Source: Selaginella moellendorffii (Eukaryota; Plantae; Lycopodiophyta). Taken from it: a stretch of DNA of 64,000 bases. Under the pieces are notes generated by a model that did not search any database, was not told where the DNA came from, and saw nothing but the letters and a program-made list of their open reading frames with translations. A program made the translations under genes and the position numbers. Location of the stretch: assembly GCF_000143415.4 (NCBI RefSeq), contig NW_003314360.1, forward strand, positions 228,284-292,283. The letters are read 5' to 3'. This document shows, one piece after another, positions 11,545 to 22,719 of this stretch. The stretch's first letter is position 1. Every line of letters starts with the position of its first letter.

Positions 11545-12489
11545 TGTAGAACTGAGGGAATATTCCATTTGCCGCCACGTCAGTATTAGGGTCACGACCA
11601 TTGGGGACACTTAAGGGGGAAAAAACAGGGGATCAAATGTATATGTGTGGAAGTGAAGAAGAGAATAAAGGAAAAAGGATGCCTCGACGAAGAGGTCCTC
11701 GGCGAAGCACCCTCGATCGTGTGAACGAGCGACTTCGGATACCACGAGAAGCAAGAGAATGTCAAGCCACTATGAGCATACCCTGTCCTCACTGTGGGTA
11801 GCAGTTCTATTTTAGAGCAAACTCCTAGATATTCCCTGGGGTGTCTTCAGCATGTCTCCTTTTATGACAATATATGGCTATGAGCCTAGGTCTCCTATGA
11901 GTTTGAATTTAGCTTTGGTTCAGGTACCTCATACTTATGATTTCCTGGAGGATATGCAAGACAAGCTTGAGTTGGCAAAGTTGAACATGAGGCAATCACA
12001 AGAGCGAGACAAAAGATTGGCTGATAAGCATCGTTGTCATCAAAGTACAAAGTTGGTGATAAGGTTTTCCTTAAGTTATCGGATGCACAATAGGGGGATT
12101 TTGCATACACTTTGGATTTGCCAACTATTTCGAAGATTTTCATATAAGCAAGCTTAAAGCGTGTTTGCACTTTTGTGATGTCATGGACCAGTCCATCATC
12201 CAGGTCCCAGAGATTGATGCAAAGAAGGCTGGTCTGGCCAATATTCTTGCTCAAAGATTGGTGAAAACAGGCCGAAAGACAACTAAGGAGTTGTTAGTTC
12301 AGTGGAATAATTATTTTATGAATGAAGCTACATGGGAAACTGAAGATGACACAAAGAGAGTGTTTCTGAGTTTTGGTTATGACTTGGATGACATTCTTGA
12401 GGAATGGGAGAATTGAGTTCTATAGCCATATTGCTATATGATTTGGGCCATTTTTTCTATTCTCATTCTTTTGTTTCCATGACTGTATT

Positions 12490-15400
12490 TGTCAGGAATC
12501 CCCCAATTCTTGCCACATTCCTGACTCTTGCCAGATTCTTGACCTGTAGACCACATTCCTAACTCTCGAGACACTTCCCTATTCCTGACTCTCTAATTTC
12601 CCGTACGATTCTTGAGTCTCAAGCCACATTCCTGATGATGATGTGGCACCTCCTCGACCTCAACTATATTTAGGCCATCTTCGATCCAAGAGTGGTGGAG
12701 CTTCATCAACCTATAGTATATATAGGTTAGCCTTGTTCGATTTCTCCACAATCTGAATCAACACTAATCTAAAGCCTTTTCTTCATTTCCACTAGCTTTT
12801 TTCTTTGTCTTCTACAATTTCCAATCTTGATCTTGTTGGGGGTCTTGACAGTTTGATTCAGATTGTGTTTTTTCGTTTTTGCTTTAGCTCGTTTTGATTG
12901 TTTGACTGCCTTTGCCTTTTTCCCCCTTTTTCTTTCTTCTTTGCCGATGAGTCTCCAAGCCATCCTGATTTCTTTGCCGAAGTCCTTGCAAAAATCCAAT
13001 CTGAGAATACCGATTTGAAGGCGACCCTTCTTCACATGCAGCAGGAGCTTACTTCACTTTCGGCTCAAGGATCCAGCAAAGGTCTTGAACCAAAGGTGAG
13101 TTTCCTAACAAAATTTTCAGGCAAGCGTTCAGAGCTTTGCAAATTCCTGAATCAAATAGAGCTGATCTTCGCACTTCAACATCAGCGGTACCCCACTCCC
13201 GAGTCTCAAATTGGCACGATCAGGATGTTGCTCGAAGGTGCAGCTTTGTCATAGTTTTCTCATTTCCTGGAGAAGAGCATGAAAGGGGTCGTGGTTCTGG
13301 AGCTGATGGATCTTCAGTTGTTCAAAGAGAAGCTCGAAGCATGTTTTGGCAAGACAGATCGGGTTCGGGTTGCCACCACAAAGATGAGACGTCTCTCTCA
13401 GGGGTTTCGTCCTGCCTCAATCTATGCTGCAGAGTTCCAACTCCTTGCCTTGGACACTCAGTGGGATGAGCGGGCTCTGATTGATCAATTTCGTTTTGGC
13501 CTCAACAACGCTGTCAAGGATTTGTTGCTTACCATGGAGGATCCCACGGACCTGTCGGACGCCATCAACAAAGCTGTTCGATGCGACAATCGTCTCTTTG
13601 AACGTTGTCAGGAAAGTCGCTGCACCGCCATTTTTCCGTCCCAGACTCAGGAATCCCAGCTTGAGTCTTCTGGGCATACTCCTGAACCTACTACTCCAGT
13701 CCCGATGGATATTTCTGGTATTCCCTAACTCATCAGAGGGAAGTTGAGTCCTACTAAGAAGCAACGTCAAATATCTCATAATCTTTACCTCTACTGTACT
13801 GATCCTAATCACAAAGCAGTTGTGTGTCCCAAGAAGCCTCATCGACTACTCGAGTTCACTCTGCCTCAAAGTCCACCTCTGTTGCAATCGGGAAACGACC
13901 CTGTCCAAACAGAGTAGGAGCTATCTGTTTGGACTCCCTGAATAAAAATCACTTTTCTTCTTTATCAAGCTCCTCACCACCTTTCATCAAAGCCACCACC
14001 AATTCCCGCAACTTTCGCATCCCATGTCTCCTTTCTTTCAACGGACAATCAGGACTCAAGGCTTTGGCGCTACTGGACTCAGGTGCAACTTCCTGCTTCA
14101 TGGACACAGGCTTTGCTGCCCGACATCACATTCCTCTTTCTCCTACCATACGGGATCTGAGGGTTGAAGGCATCGACGGGCATTTTGTGTCTCCATCTTC
14201 TGGACTTAGGGAAACGTTAACCGTTCGAGTACACATCGGGTCCACCATCGGCTTGATGAGAGAGCCCTTAGTGGCTATTTTATCCCCATTTATCCCCCAA
14301 GGTTCCAAGAATCCACGGTAACAGTATATCTAAATCTCATCCCATGATCATATGCGCTACAGGATTCCTGCAGATGTGGTTTCGGATCGGGGACCTTAGT
14401 CCATCTCTCATTTCTGGCAATGGTTCTTGCAGCTGCTTGGAGTGAAGGCCAACCTCTCTTCGGCATATCATCCTCAAACTGATGGACAGTCCGAGCGAAT
14501 GATTCAGAAGTTGGAACAATTCCTGAGATGCTTCATCAACTATCATCAGGATAACTGGTTCGATATCCTTCCCCTTGCTAAGTTCTCCTATAACAATTCT
14601 GTTCACTCCTCCCTTCATGTTTCCCCCTTCTTTGCAAACTCTAGCCAAAATCCCTGATTCAATCTCTCACTTCCTTCTCCATCCGAATCCTCTCATTCAA
14701 ATCCCCGCTCTGAGGCATTTGTCTCCAAACTCCAGGAAATCCACAACTCCATCTCCTTCCACCTCCATCATGCTCAAGAATCTCACAAAACATTTGCCAA
14801 TGTCCATCGTCAAGATTGTCCCCCTTACAATATCGGGGATAAAGTCTGGCTCCTCAAGCGAAATATCTCCACCACCAGGCCATGTCCCAAACTTGATTTC
14901 AAATGCCTCGGTCCTTTCCGTATCATTGCCATCATTAATCCTGTCACTTATCACCTTGCACTTCCCTCCTCATATCAAATTCACCCCGTTTTTCACTCCT
15001 CTCTCCTTGAGCCTTATATTCCCAGTCCTATTCCAAATCGGGTCATTCCTCCACCTCCACCAGTGCAGCTCAAGGATGGGTGTGAGTACGAGGTCTAGGA
15101 CATCCTTGATTCCAAGATCTCACGGTCTCAACTCTACTATCTGGTAGATTGGAAGGGTTACAAACCTAAGGAACGCACTTGGGAACCTGCGGATAACCTG
15201 ATTCATTCTCTTGACCTTGTTCAAGACTTCCACCGCTGCTATCCTTCTCGTCCCAGTCCTCATTCTTTTTCTCCATCTCCTATCCCTCGCCGCCCATCTC
15301 ATCCTCCTCTTCGTTCTCATTCACGTCTTCGTTCCACTCGTTCTTGAGGAGGGGGTGCTATTAGGAATCCCCCAATTCTTGCCACATTCCTGACTCTTGC

Positions 15401-15747
15401 TGGATTCCTGACTTGCAGACCACATTCCTGACTCTCGAGACACTTCTCTATATTCCTGACTCTTGAGACACTTCCCTATTCTTGACTCTCTGATTTCCCG
15501 TACGATTCCTAAGTCTCAAGCCACATTCCTGATGATGACGTGGTGCCTCCTCGACCTCAACTATATTTAGGCCGTCTTCGATCCAAGAGTGGTGGAGCTT
15601 CATCAACATATAGCATATATAGGTTAGCCTTGTTCAATTTCTCCACAATCTGAATCAACATTAGTCTAAGGCTTCTTCTTCATTTCCACTAGCTTTTTTC
15701 TTTGTCTTCTACATTTTTCAGTCTTGATCTTGTTGGGGGTCTTGACA
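12490..15747 (+). mobile_element. Internally deleted Tf1/Tcn1-type chromovirus (gag, PR, partial IN, chromodomain; RT and RNase H missing)
   Basis: LTRs 12490-12850 and 15359-15747; TSD GTATT/ATATT; PPT GAGGAGGGGG; gag FSGKRSEL...FRFGLN; protease ALLDSGATSCFMD; integrase SAYHPQTDGQSER; chromodomain YLVDWKGYKPKERTWEP; several stop codons. Confidence 0.92.
13890..13974 (+). promoter_or_regulatory. -1 ribosomal frameshift signal (G GGA AAC plus stem-loop or pseudoknot)
   Basis: Slippery heptamer 13890-13896 in the gag frame, 6-nt spacer, then a perfect 11-bp stem GTCCAAACAGA/TCTGTTTGGAC (13903-13934); the -1 frame contains the protease. Confidence 0.85.
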
Positions 15748-16140
15748 ATATTGTCATGCAAGAAAACTGTATTGAATTTTTTTTTTTATATCCATTTGTC
15801 ACAATGTTAGTGTTGCCGTTTGCATATCATTTCTCCATGGCTCTATTGCTTTAGACTCCTTTCATGTGAAATTTGTTTAGCTTCTCAAGGCTGCCATATG
15901 TGGCTAGGTTATGAGGGAGGTGAAAATGACACAAACCACAAGAATATTCTGAGACCATTTCATGGCCTAAGGCTGTAACACTTTAAGAGTTAAGAGGTTA
16001 ACCTAGGGTTCACTCTCTTGTTTGTTTCAAGAGATATTAGTTGTTTTGTGTCAATGCATTGCCTCTAAAAAAGGAAAGCACTCAAGAATAACTGTCATCT
16101 ATTCATTTAATTTTCAGCTAGAACTTAGAGGTCACGGACC

Positions 16141-17738
16141 TTATTGTTTCTTCTTGCTGCGCTCTTTGGAAGGTTTGGTTGCCTCTTCTTCAGCATTGTG
16201 GGCGGCTTCAAGTCTCACGAGCTGCAAATCAAACAATACTGTTGTGAGGATTCTTTCTTGAGACACCACTTTACCTTGTCAAGGACGGGTTTAAGTTCTC
16301 TGTAGCATGTCTTTGCCAATTCAAATCCATCCTTCCTGAGCTCCTGATAGATGCAAAGAGCATGAAGAACGAGTGAAAGAAAACCCATGTTGTCACCTTT
16401 CCAGTGTGTTGGGTGTGATTGTAAGGTGCCATTTGCCAATACATGATCGTCCGAGAGAAAAAATCTCTCAGCATTTCTCCAGGTTGAAAGACAAATCAAT
16501 CACAAAATGGGAAGATGAACTACTATCATCACTCACCAAAGGTGTTTGTTGAGAATCAGCCAGGCCCAGCTCGACCTGCATTTGATCGATCTTTGATCAT
16601 TTGATCATTAGCCTCTTGCCAAGTTTTGTTGCATCCTAGAATACAAAAGGAAATATACAAGTTTTCTTACATCCTTCTTTTTTACTACCTTGCCATCATC
16701 CTCTTCATCTGTTCCTTTACTAATCGATCCAGCATCACTATTGTCATTATCAGTTTCGCCATCCTCCTCACTAACTTTAATTCACCCATTTTGTGTTTCC
16801 TGCTTGAAACATTAGTACGAGGCTGGATGATAGCTCGATCATAAAAACACTAACTTCAATACATCGAGTTTATTCAGGTCCAGCAAGAAAAGGTCGTCGA
16901 GTGTCACTTCTTTTTCGCCAACTTCTTTCATACATCCATACAGAAACAAAGTATCCCATTCCAGCATTGATTCTTCCACAAGGCAACAGCCTTCAAGCAG
17001 AACGCTCAACGTGCAGACGCATTTTCCACACTTGGATCGACCACTTTCTTCTGCTTTGGATGCACACTTAACCACCACACAATCTCAGATTGCCATACCT
17101 TATACATCTCGATCATAAAAACGCTGTGCAGAGAATCACCTGCAAAAGACATTAGTTTTTTCAATGCATGCATTCAAACCGTAATCAACTACACCACCAA
17201 ACAAGATGGCTCATCTCTTGGTGGACAAAAATCCTGCTCTTGGCCCAGGAGCCATACCGGATTTTTTCACCTTCACAAAACACAGCAAAAAACTAAAACT
17301 CCAAACGAGAATGTAAAAGAAGCAAACCTTGTCCCACTCCCAATCCGTGGATCTACACCTTTGTCGGATTGATCTTTGTCAGAGGCAGGCTCTTTGAAAT
17401 AGCCACCGTACAAGAAAATCTGGAAAAGAAAAAATGTTCACAACGCGCAAAACTATACATTTAGTTCATCTAAATAAACAGCAAGCTGAAAACCATTTTT
17501 AGCTGAAGGCCAGGCAGCTCCAAGCTTGGGTTTTATTTCTTGCCACTGCAAAAGGAAATCAGTTTAGTTGTTAAAAAACAAGGAAGAACTACGAGGGACA
17601 GAAACAAACCTTACAATCGTCTAAATCCAGCACTTAAAGATCATTGAAGTACCTGTGTCAAAAATTCAATATTAAACATTTACACTGCTGAAACAGCCGA
17701 CCTTTCTTCCCTCAACGTGTCATAAAATCCACCAAATG
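16141..17738 (-). pseudogene. KLHDC4/Kel3-like kelch-repeat (DUF4110) gene, 5'-truncated pseudogene, copy 2
   Basis: Exons encode GGFYDTLRE, YFNDL*VLDLD, WQEIKPKLGAAWPSA, IFLYGGYFK, DTLFLYGCMKEVGEKEVTLDDL and RTIMYWQMAPYNHTQHTGK/ELRKDGFELAK; in-frame stop present. Confidence 0.8.
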
Positions 17739-17849
17739 GAATCATTTTATGTTTGTTTCTGGTCTTGTCCTTTCCCTTTAATTCCTAAATTACTCTTGCA
17801 TTACAGCTGTGGCAAGGTTCACTTTTAGAAGTTTACTAGTCCGACTTTG

Positions 17850-18672
17850 GTGCTTGAAGCTTAGGTCCTCGGCAGCTTTCTCGGCGTCCTCACGCGTGGT
17901 GTAAGTGATGAAGGCGCAGGCCCTCTGCGGGACGAGCCGGAGCGATTCGATCTCTCCATACGAGTAGAAGTTGTCTTTGAGATCCTCGGTGGTGACTCTC
18001 TCGTCGAGGCCACCAACGTAGAGCGTCCTCACGGTGGCATCGTCGGGAGTGAGCGTCGACATCTCCTCGGCCTTTTTCAGGAGCTTTGCAGCAACGGGAT
18101 CATTCAACCTGCAAAGAAAAGAACTCTCAAAGTGAGAAGAAACGCGAAGAAGAGAACACAACTTACCCGTAGTGTGAGAGCTCGCCAGTGACTGGCATCT
18201 CGTGCCTGTAGGGACAAGCATCACCTCTTTGGCATCCACCACGGACAAAGAAGCTGCAAACGTGTGCTCGGTTGCGCTTGTAGTATGGGCTCGTCCTCTG
18301 GAGCTTGAGGATCATGTCATTCGGCCGGACTTTACCAAAGGACGACTCGTGATCCACCTTGCGGTCGTGTTCTTCCGCAAAGTACTCGCGATTGACATCG
18401 CTCTTGGGTATGACATCGTTGGTGGCCAGGGCGCTATCCCGGGCCTGGACGGGCAGCCCATACTCGCTGGAGCTTGCTACACGTCTGGCAAATCTCAGTC
18501 TTCTTGTATCGCGAGTCACGGCCGGCCTTCCAGCGAAAGACGGTGAAGGGCCTGGCGCAAATCTTACACTCCTTGTCGAAATTCGCCTTGGTCTGTGCCA
18601 AAGAAAACAAACAATGTGAGCTCCACGGTGAGAAATCGCGGCGCTTACCATGCGAACATAGGGATTATCCCA
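17850..18672 (-). pseudogene. RBM22/ECM2/MAC5-type CCCH-RRM splicing factor, truncated at both ends
   Basis: [48 protein letters not shown] and RRM TLYVGGL..CAFITY. An internal deletion with frameshift follows CQTCSKL; the N-terminus and C-terminal tail are missing. Confidence 0.9.
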
Positions 18673-19539
18673 CGTAAAATTCGTGGATATGATTTTAGGG
18701 CTCTAGCAAAATTATCCGTGGTCCAAGCAATACTCTGATGGTGAGGCCACCACTTCTCGAGAGAAAAATCTCAGCTCTCACAAGGCGACAAGCCACAGAG
18801 AATTTTGGAAGTCTAGTGTTGAGGTCTCAGTTTACTGTTGCCGCTGCCAGCCCGATGTCAGTATCTTGAGATTGCTGGTCGCTGCCAGTTCGTGACTCGG
18901 CTTGCTGTATGCGTGCGCAAACATTTCGAATCACGATGGAGGAAGGATCAAAGCTTAAAAGGATCCCGAGAGCTGTTGTCAAAGTAGCTCCAACCAGGTA
19001 TATGGTCGATCCTATGACAGGGATGCCACAGTCTCAGTCGAGCGATTCAGGTATCACTACGTAGCTCAAAGGAACACGACAGGACAAGACATATCGATCA
19101 CCAGGTTTGACACATGCACGCTTCATGCATCCGTTTCGTATTTCAAAGAGAGGGGCTTGACGTGTGCAATGGCTATGTTTCCTGGTGACTTCTTTCTCAG
19201 GTTTCTTTTCTCCTGGTACCATTTTCGTTGATGTTGTCACGTGCTTGATGGTCTGCGGAAGATAGAAACCATTGTTGCCAACAAAGAAGCAGGATTGTGA
19301 TAAACCATTTGTGTGAGTAATGATCTTCGTTTGGAACTTGTTTTCAAGTCTTAATTGCTGTCATTGCAGAGAGTTATCTGCAACTGAGGGAAGGGAGCCA
19401 CAAAGGCAGCAAAAGACTGCCTCTCAGCTGAGAAAAGATTCAGCACTCCTCGCTTATGACTTGCTCGATTGTGCACCCGGCCGCATCTTGGGGTATAGTA
19501 TGACGATGCTATTGCAGGTAAAACTGAGTTCGGATCGGG

Positions 19540-20330
19540 AGAACCTCATTGAAGAACAACAATCTGTCACAGTTTTCAAGCTCTATCGGCAAGTGTATCA
19601 GCGAAAGAGATGATACTGGCTGGCGGGGGAGCAGCCGGCGGGCTTGTTCTGGGCTCTACGGGGAGGAACATTCGGAGTTGTGCTCTCGGCGACGCACAAG
19701 ACTTTTCCAGCTCTCGACAGCCTCGTCTTCATTCCACGATACCACCACCTTTCAGGGGCTGCTCACTCTGTTCACGAGGTTGAATCCCTCTCTGTCCGAT
19801 GCCGGCTGGTTTGGCTACTTCTTCTCCACGAGCCAGGTAACGTTCCTGCTTCCCAACCGGAACGTCTCGTATGCTTCCGCCACCTTGGCCCCGCTGCTAT
19901 CATACACGGGCATCCGGATCGACGAGCTTGGAGACCTTGGCACTTGCAGTTTCAGTGTGGAGGGCTTGGGCCTCAACAACTTGGGAGTCTGATGTCTTCG
20001 CAACGAGGCTGATCCCGAGATCGCTCTTCAACCACGAACAAGACCTCCTCCCAAAGGCCATGATGCGTGTCATGACCGAACTGCAACTTCCAGCTACATA
20101 TGCGATCCTCGGCGTGAATCCGGCGTATCGCGACGGCTCGTATCGCCCCTGACTTGGTGGGACGACAATGCGACCGTGGCGGAGATGAGGGCTGCTGCGA
20201 ATCTAGTGTCGCAGGCGAACAAGCTCTTCATCACTTACGTGAACGAGGCACGAGCCCAATTGGCAGCAGTCCTTATTTGAGGAAGAACTATCCTCACCTT
20301 TACCACATCAAGCGCAAGGTCGGTCCCACC
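19540..20330 (+). pseudogene. FAD-linked (BBE-domain) oxidoreductase pseudogene
   Basis: FWALRGG-TFGVVLSATHKTFP, TRLIPRSLF and a BBE-like C-terminus KNYPHLYHIKRKVGP lie in different frames. Confidence 0.7.
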
Positions 20331-20436
20331 TATCCATCACTGCGTGGGCAGCGAATTCAACTGAGAATCAACATAGCGAACAAAGCAAACTTTTAAAATC
20401 TATCAATCAAAATTTAGGGTTCTTCCTTACTATGAG

Positions 20437-22006
20437 ATGGGGCTTCTGAGCGTTGTTCTTGGGCTCTGGATTGCCGCTCTAGCAGCTGCCAAGACGGTGA
20501 AGCGAGACGGTGAGTCCATCCTCTCCACCTGCATTCTCGATCTAGCCAGGGATTAAGCGACGATCTTGCCAATTCCAGTCAAGGCATTGAACGAGCTCAA
20601 GGCAGCTGGAGGATGGAAGGTCATGTACGCTTGGAATGGAGAGGATCCCTGTGGCGATGGAGACGCGGCGTTGTGGCCGGGAATCACCTGTTCCTCCCCA
20701 AATGACAATGGCTATCGAGTGGTCACGGAATTGTGAGTTTTAATACCTCTTATCACTTTGATCGTCACTTGGTTCGTTCTTTCCAGGGAGCTCTTTCAAG
20801 TGTCGATCATTGGAACGTTCCCGATCGGTGTCACGAATTTGCTGGATCTCAGGAAACTGTACGTTTGCGTGTGTTGATTTTCTTTTTCCATGTACTGAGT
20901 TCTTGCGTTCTTCTCTGGCAGAGACTTGCATGGCAACAAACTCACCGGATCGATTCCTCCTCAGATAGGACGCCTGGAGAAGCTTGTGACTCTGTAAGCA
21001 GTCTGGCCGAAAGAGTCTCGACTTGATTTGATTTTTCTTTGCAGGAACTTGAGATGGAACAAGCTGCAAGACGCCATACCTGTTGAGATTGGGCAGCTGA
21101 AGAAACTGCAAAACTTGTGAGTAGAGTTTTATTTCCGTTCTAAGTTCTTTCTTTCATCGTGTTTGTCCGTCAGGTTCTTAAGTTTTAACAGCCTTAGAGG
21201 ACCTATACCGAAGGAGCTCACGTATCTGCAGGAGCTTCGATACGTGCATCTTCACGAGAATAAGCTCATCGGCCGGATCCCTCCGGAGTTTGGAGAACTT
21301 CCTTATCTCCGACAATTGTAAGCTTCAGTTTCATCCATGCAGACAGATTTTCTATATGCCATTATATTATTCTCTCGCAGGGATGTCAGCAACAATCATC
21401 TTGTGGGAACCATCAGAGAACTGCTAAGAAGCGAACAGAATCGTGCTAAAGATGCATTTCCATCTCTACGAAATTTGTAAGCTTTTCTTCTTTTGTGCTT
21501 GGAGTCTTAAGCTCGACGTCCCCGCAGGTACCTAAACAACAATTACCTCACCGGAGGAATACCAGCAGAACTTTCGTACTTGCGCAATCTAGAAATCCTG
21601 TAAGTTCGACGCTAGAGTTGTCCTCGCCTGCTGATTCCCCCCGTGGCTATGCAGGTACTTGTCTTACAACAAACTTACAGGTCCGGTACCGGACGCACTC
21701 GCAAGCATCCCGAAGCTAACCTACCTGTGAGTTCTTTACGCCTCCATCAATTTTTCTCACGCAAAAGCTCGTTTTTGTCGTAGATACCTGGATCACAATG
21801 CTTTGAATGGCCGACTATCGTCAGCCTTCTACAGCCATCCGAGCCTGAAAGAGATGTACGTTGGCTCTTTCGCTTGATTATCGATGTAGTAATATCCAAG
21901 CGTTTCTTTTTCCAGGTATATTGAAGGGAACCAATTCAGCTCTTCCGCCAAACCAGTTGGTATACACAGGACAATGGAAGTATCCGACGCCGACTTCATT
22001 TTTTAG
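20437..22006 (+). CDS. Secreted plant LRR protein (LRRNT plus ~9 LRRs, At5g61240-like), multi-exon, apparently intact
   Basis: Spliced by eye: MGLLSVVLGLWIAALAAAKTVKRD/VKALNELK..DPCGDGD..GITCS..YRVVTEL/ELFQVSIIGTFP../DLHGNKLTGSIPPQIG/NLRWNKLQDAIP..YIEGNQF..DFIF*; canonical short GT-AG introns. Confidence 0.9.
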
Positions 22007-22719
22007 AAAGCAAGAGTTTTATTTATGCAGTCTCTGGTCCACGATTACGCTAGAAGAAGTTGCCAAGGAGAGATTCAGGGAGAATATTACTTTTTCACGT
22101 GCTAGTGAGTTCGATTCCCGGTACCAGTCACTTTTCAGCCGTGAAGCGTTTCATGCTGTTGTCTGAGACTGCAAAATGCATCCCTGGACAATCTATCATG
22201 CATGAGAAAAGCGTACATGAAATATGAGGAGACTAGCAATTGCCCAGCAAATGCTGGGTGGTTGGCAAATTTGATGCCATTTGAAGAGGTTTTCTAAGCT
22301 TAGTTATGTTTGCTGTTTAATCAACTCCACAATTGAAAGACATTCTCATAACCAAATGTGTTATGAGCATTATATAAGCTAGATTAGATAACTGTTGAGT
22401 TGCATTCCTCCATTTTGAACACAAAAAGCCCAAAGAATACTTCCAAGTCCATCTTTGGTGCAAGTGTTGGTACTTGCTCCTCAGCCTGCTAGAGAGGTTC
22501 CTGGGATGAGCAAGAAACCATTATATTGCAATGAGAGTTGCACTCAAAAAGCAATAGGATGAAAACTGTACCTCTGCCATTAGCAACTAAATAGCACATG
22601 CCATAACCAAAATGGGACAGCACCCAAGGCACACTTGTTAATGCCAGCTTTGTTGTGGTGTGCATTTGAAACTCACAACTTCATGGTTGGATATAGAATT
22701 GTGCCATGTTTTTGTCAGT

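Larger units (their letters stand above)
5674..11849 (+). mobile_element. Near-intact Ty3/gypsy (non-chromovirus, Tat/Athila-related) LTR retrotransposon
   Basis: 305-bp TG..CA LTRs at 5674-5978 and 11545-11849 (8 mismatches by eye); TSD GCATG at 5669-5673 and 11850-11854; PBS-like TGGTGCACTGCCC at 5980; PPT at 11532-11544; domain order gag-PR-RT-RH-IN. Confidence 0.97.
4888..16034 (+). mobile_element. Decayed Ty3/gypsy chromovirus (integrase and chromodomain) split by two later LTR insertions
   Basis: Integrase HDVPSAGHPG...KWDSISMDFIIGFPK...HPQSDG (4937-5673) resumes after the GCATG TSD as MSPFMTIYGYEPRSP, then the chromodomain LLVQWNNYFMNEATWE (to 12416). A possible PPT/LTR start lies at ~15913-15927. 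Confidence 0.8.

Noticed and set aside
12490-12640. Regularly spaced ATTCCTGACTCT units resembling a CRISPR array
   Set aside because: These are degenerate LTR U3 subrepeats with similar rather than unique spacers, in a plant context with no cas genes.
18700-19530. Exon-like fragments with splice-like signals
   Set aside because: No coherent frame or recognisable family.
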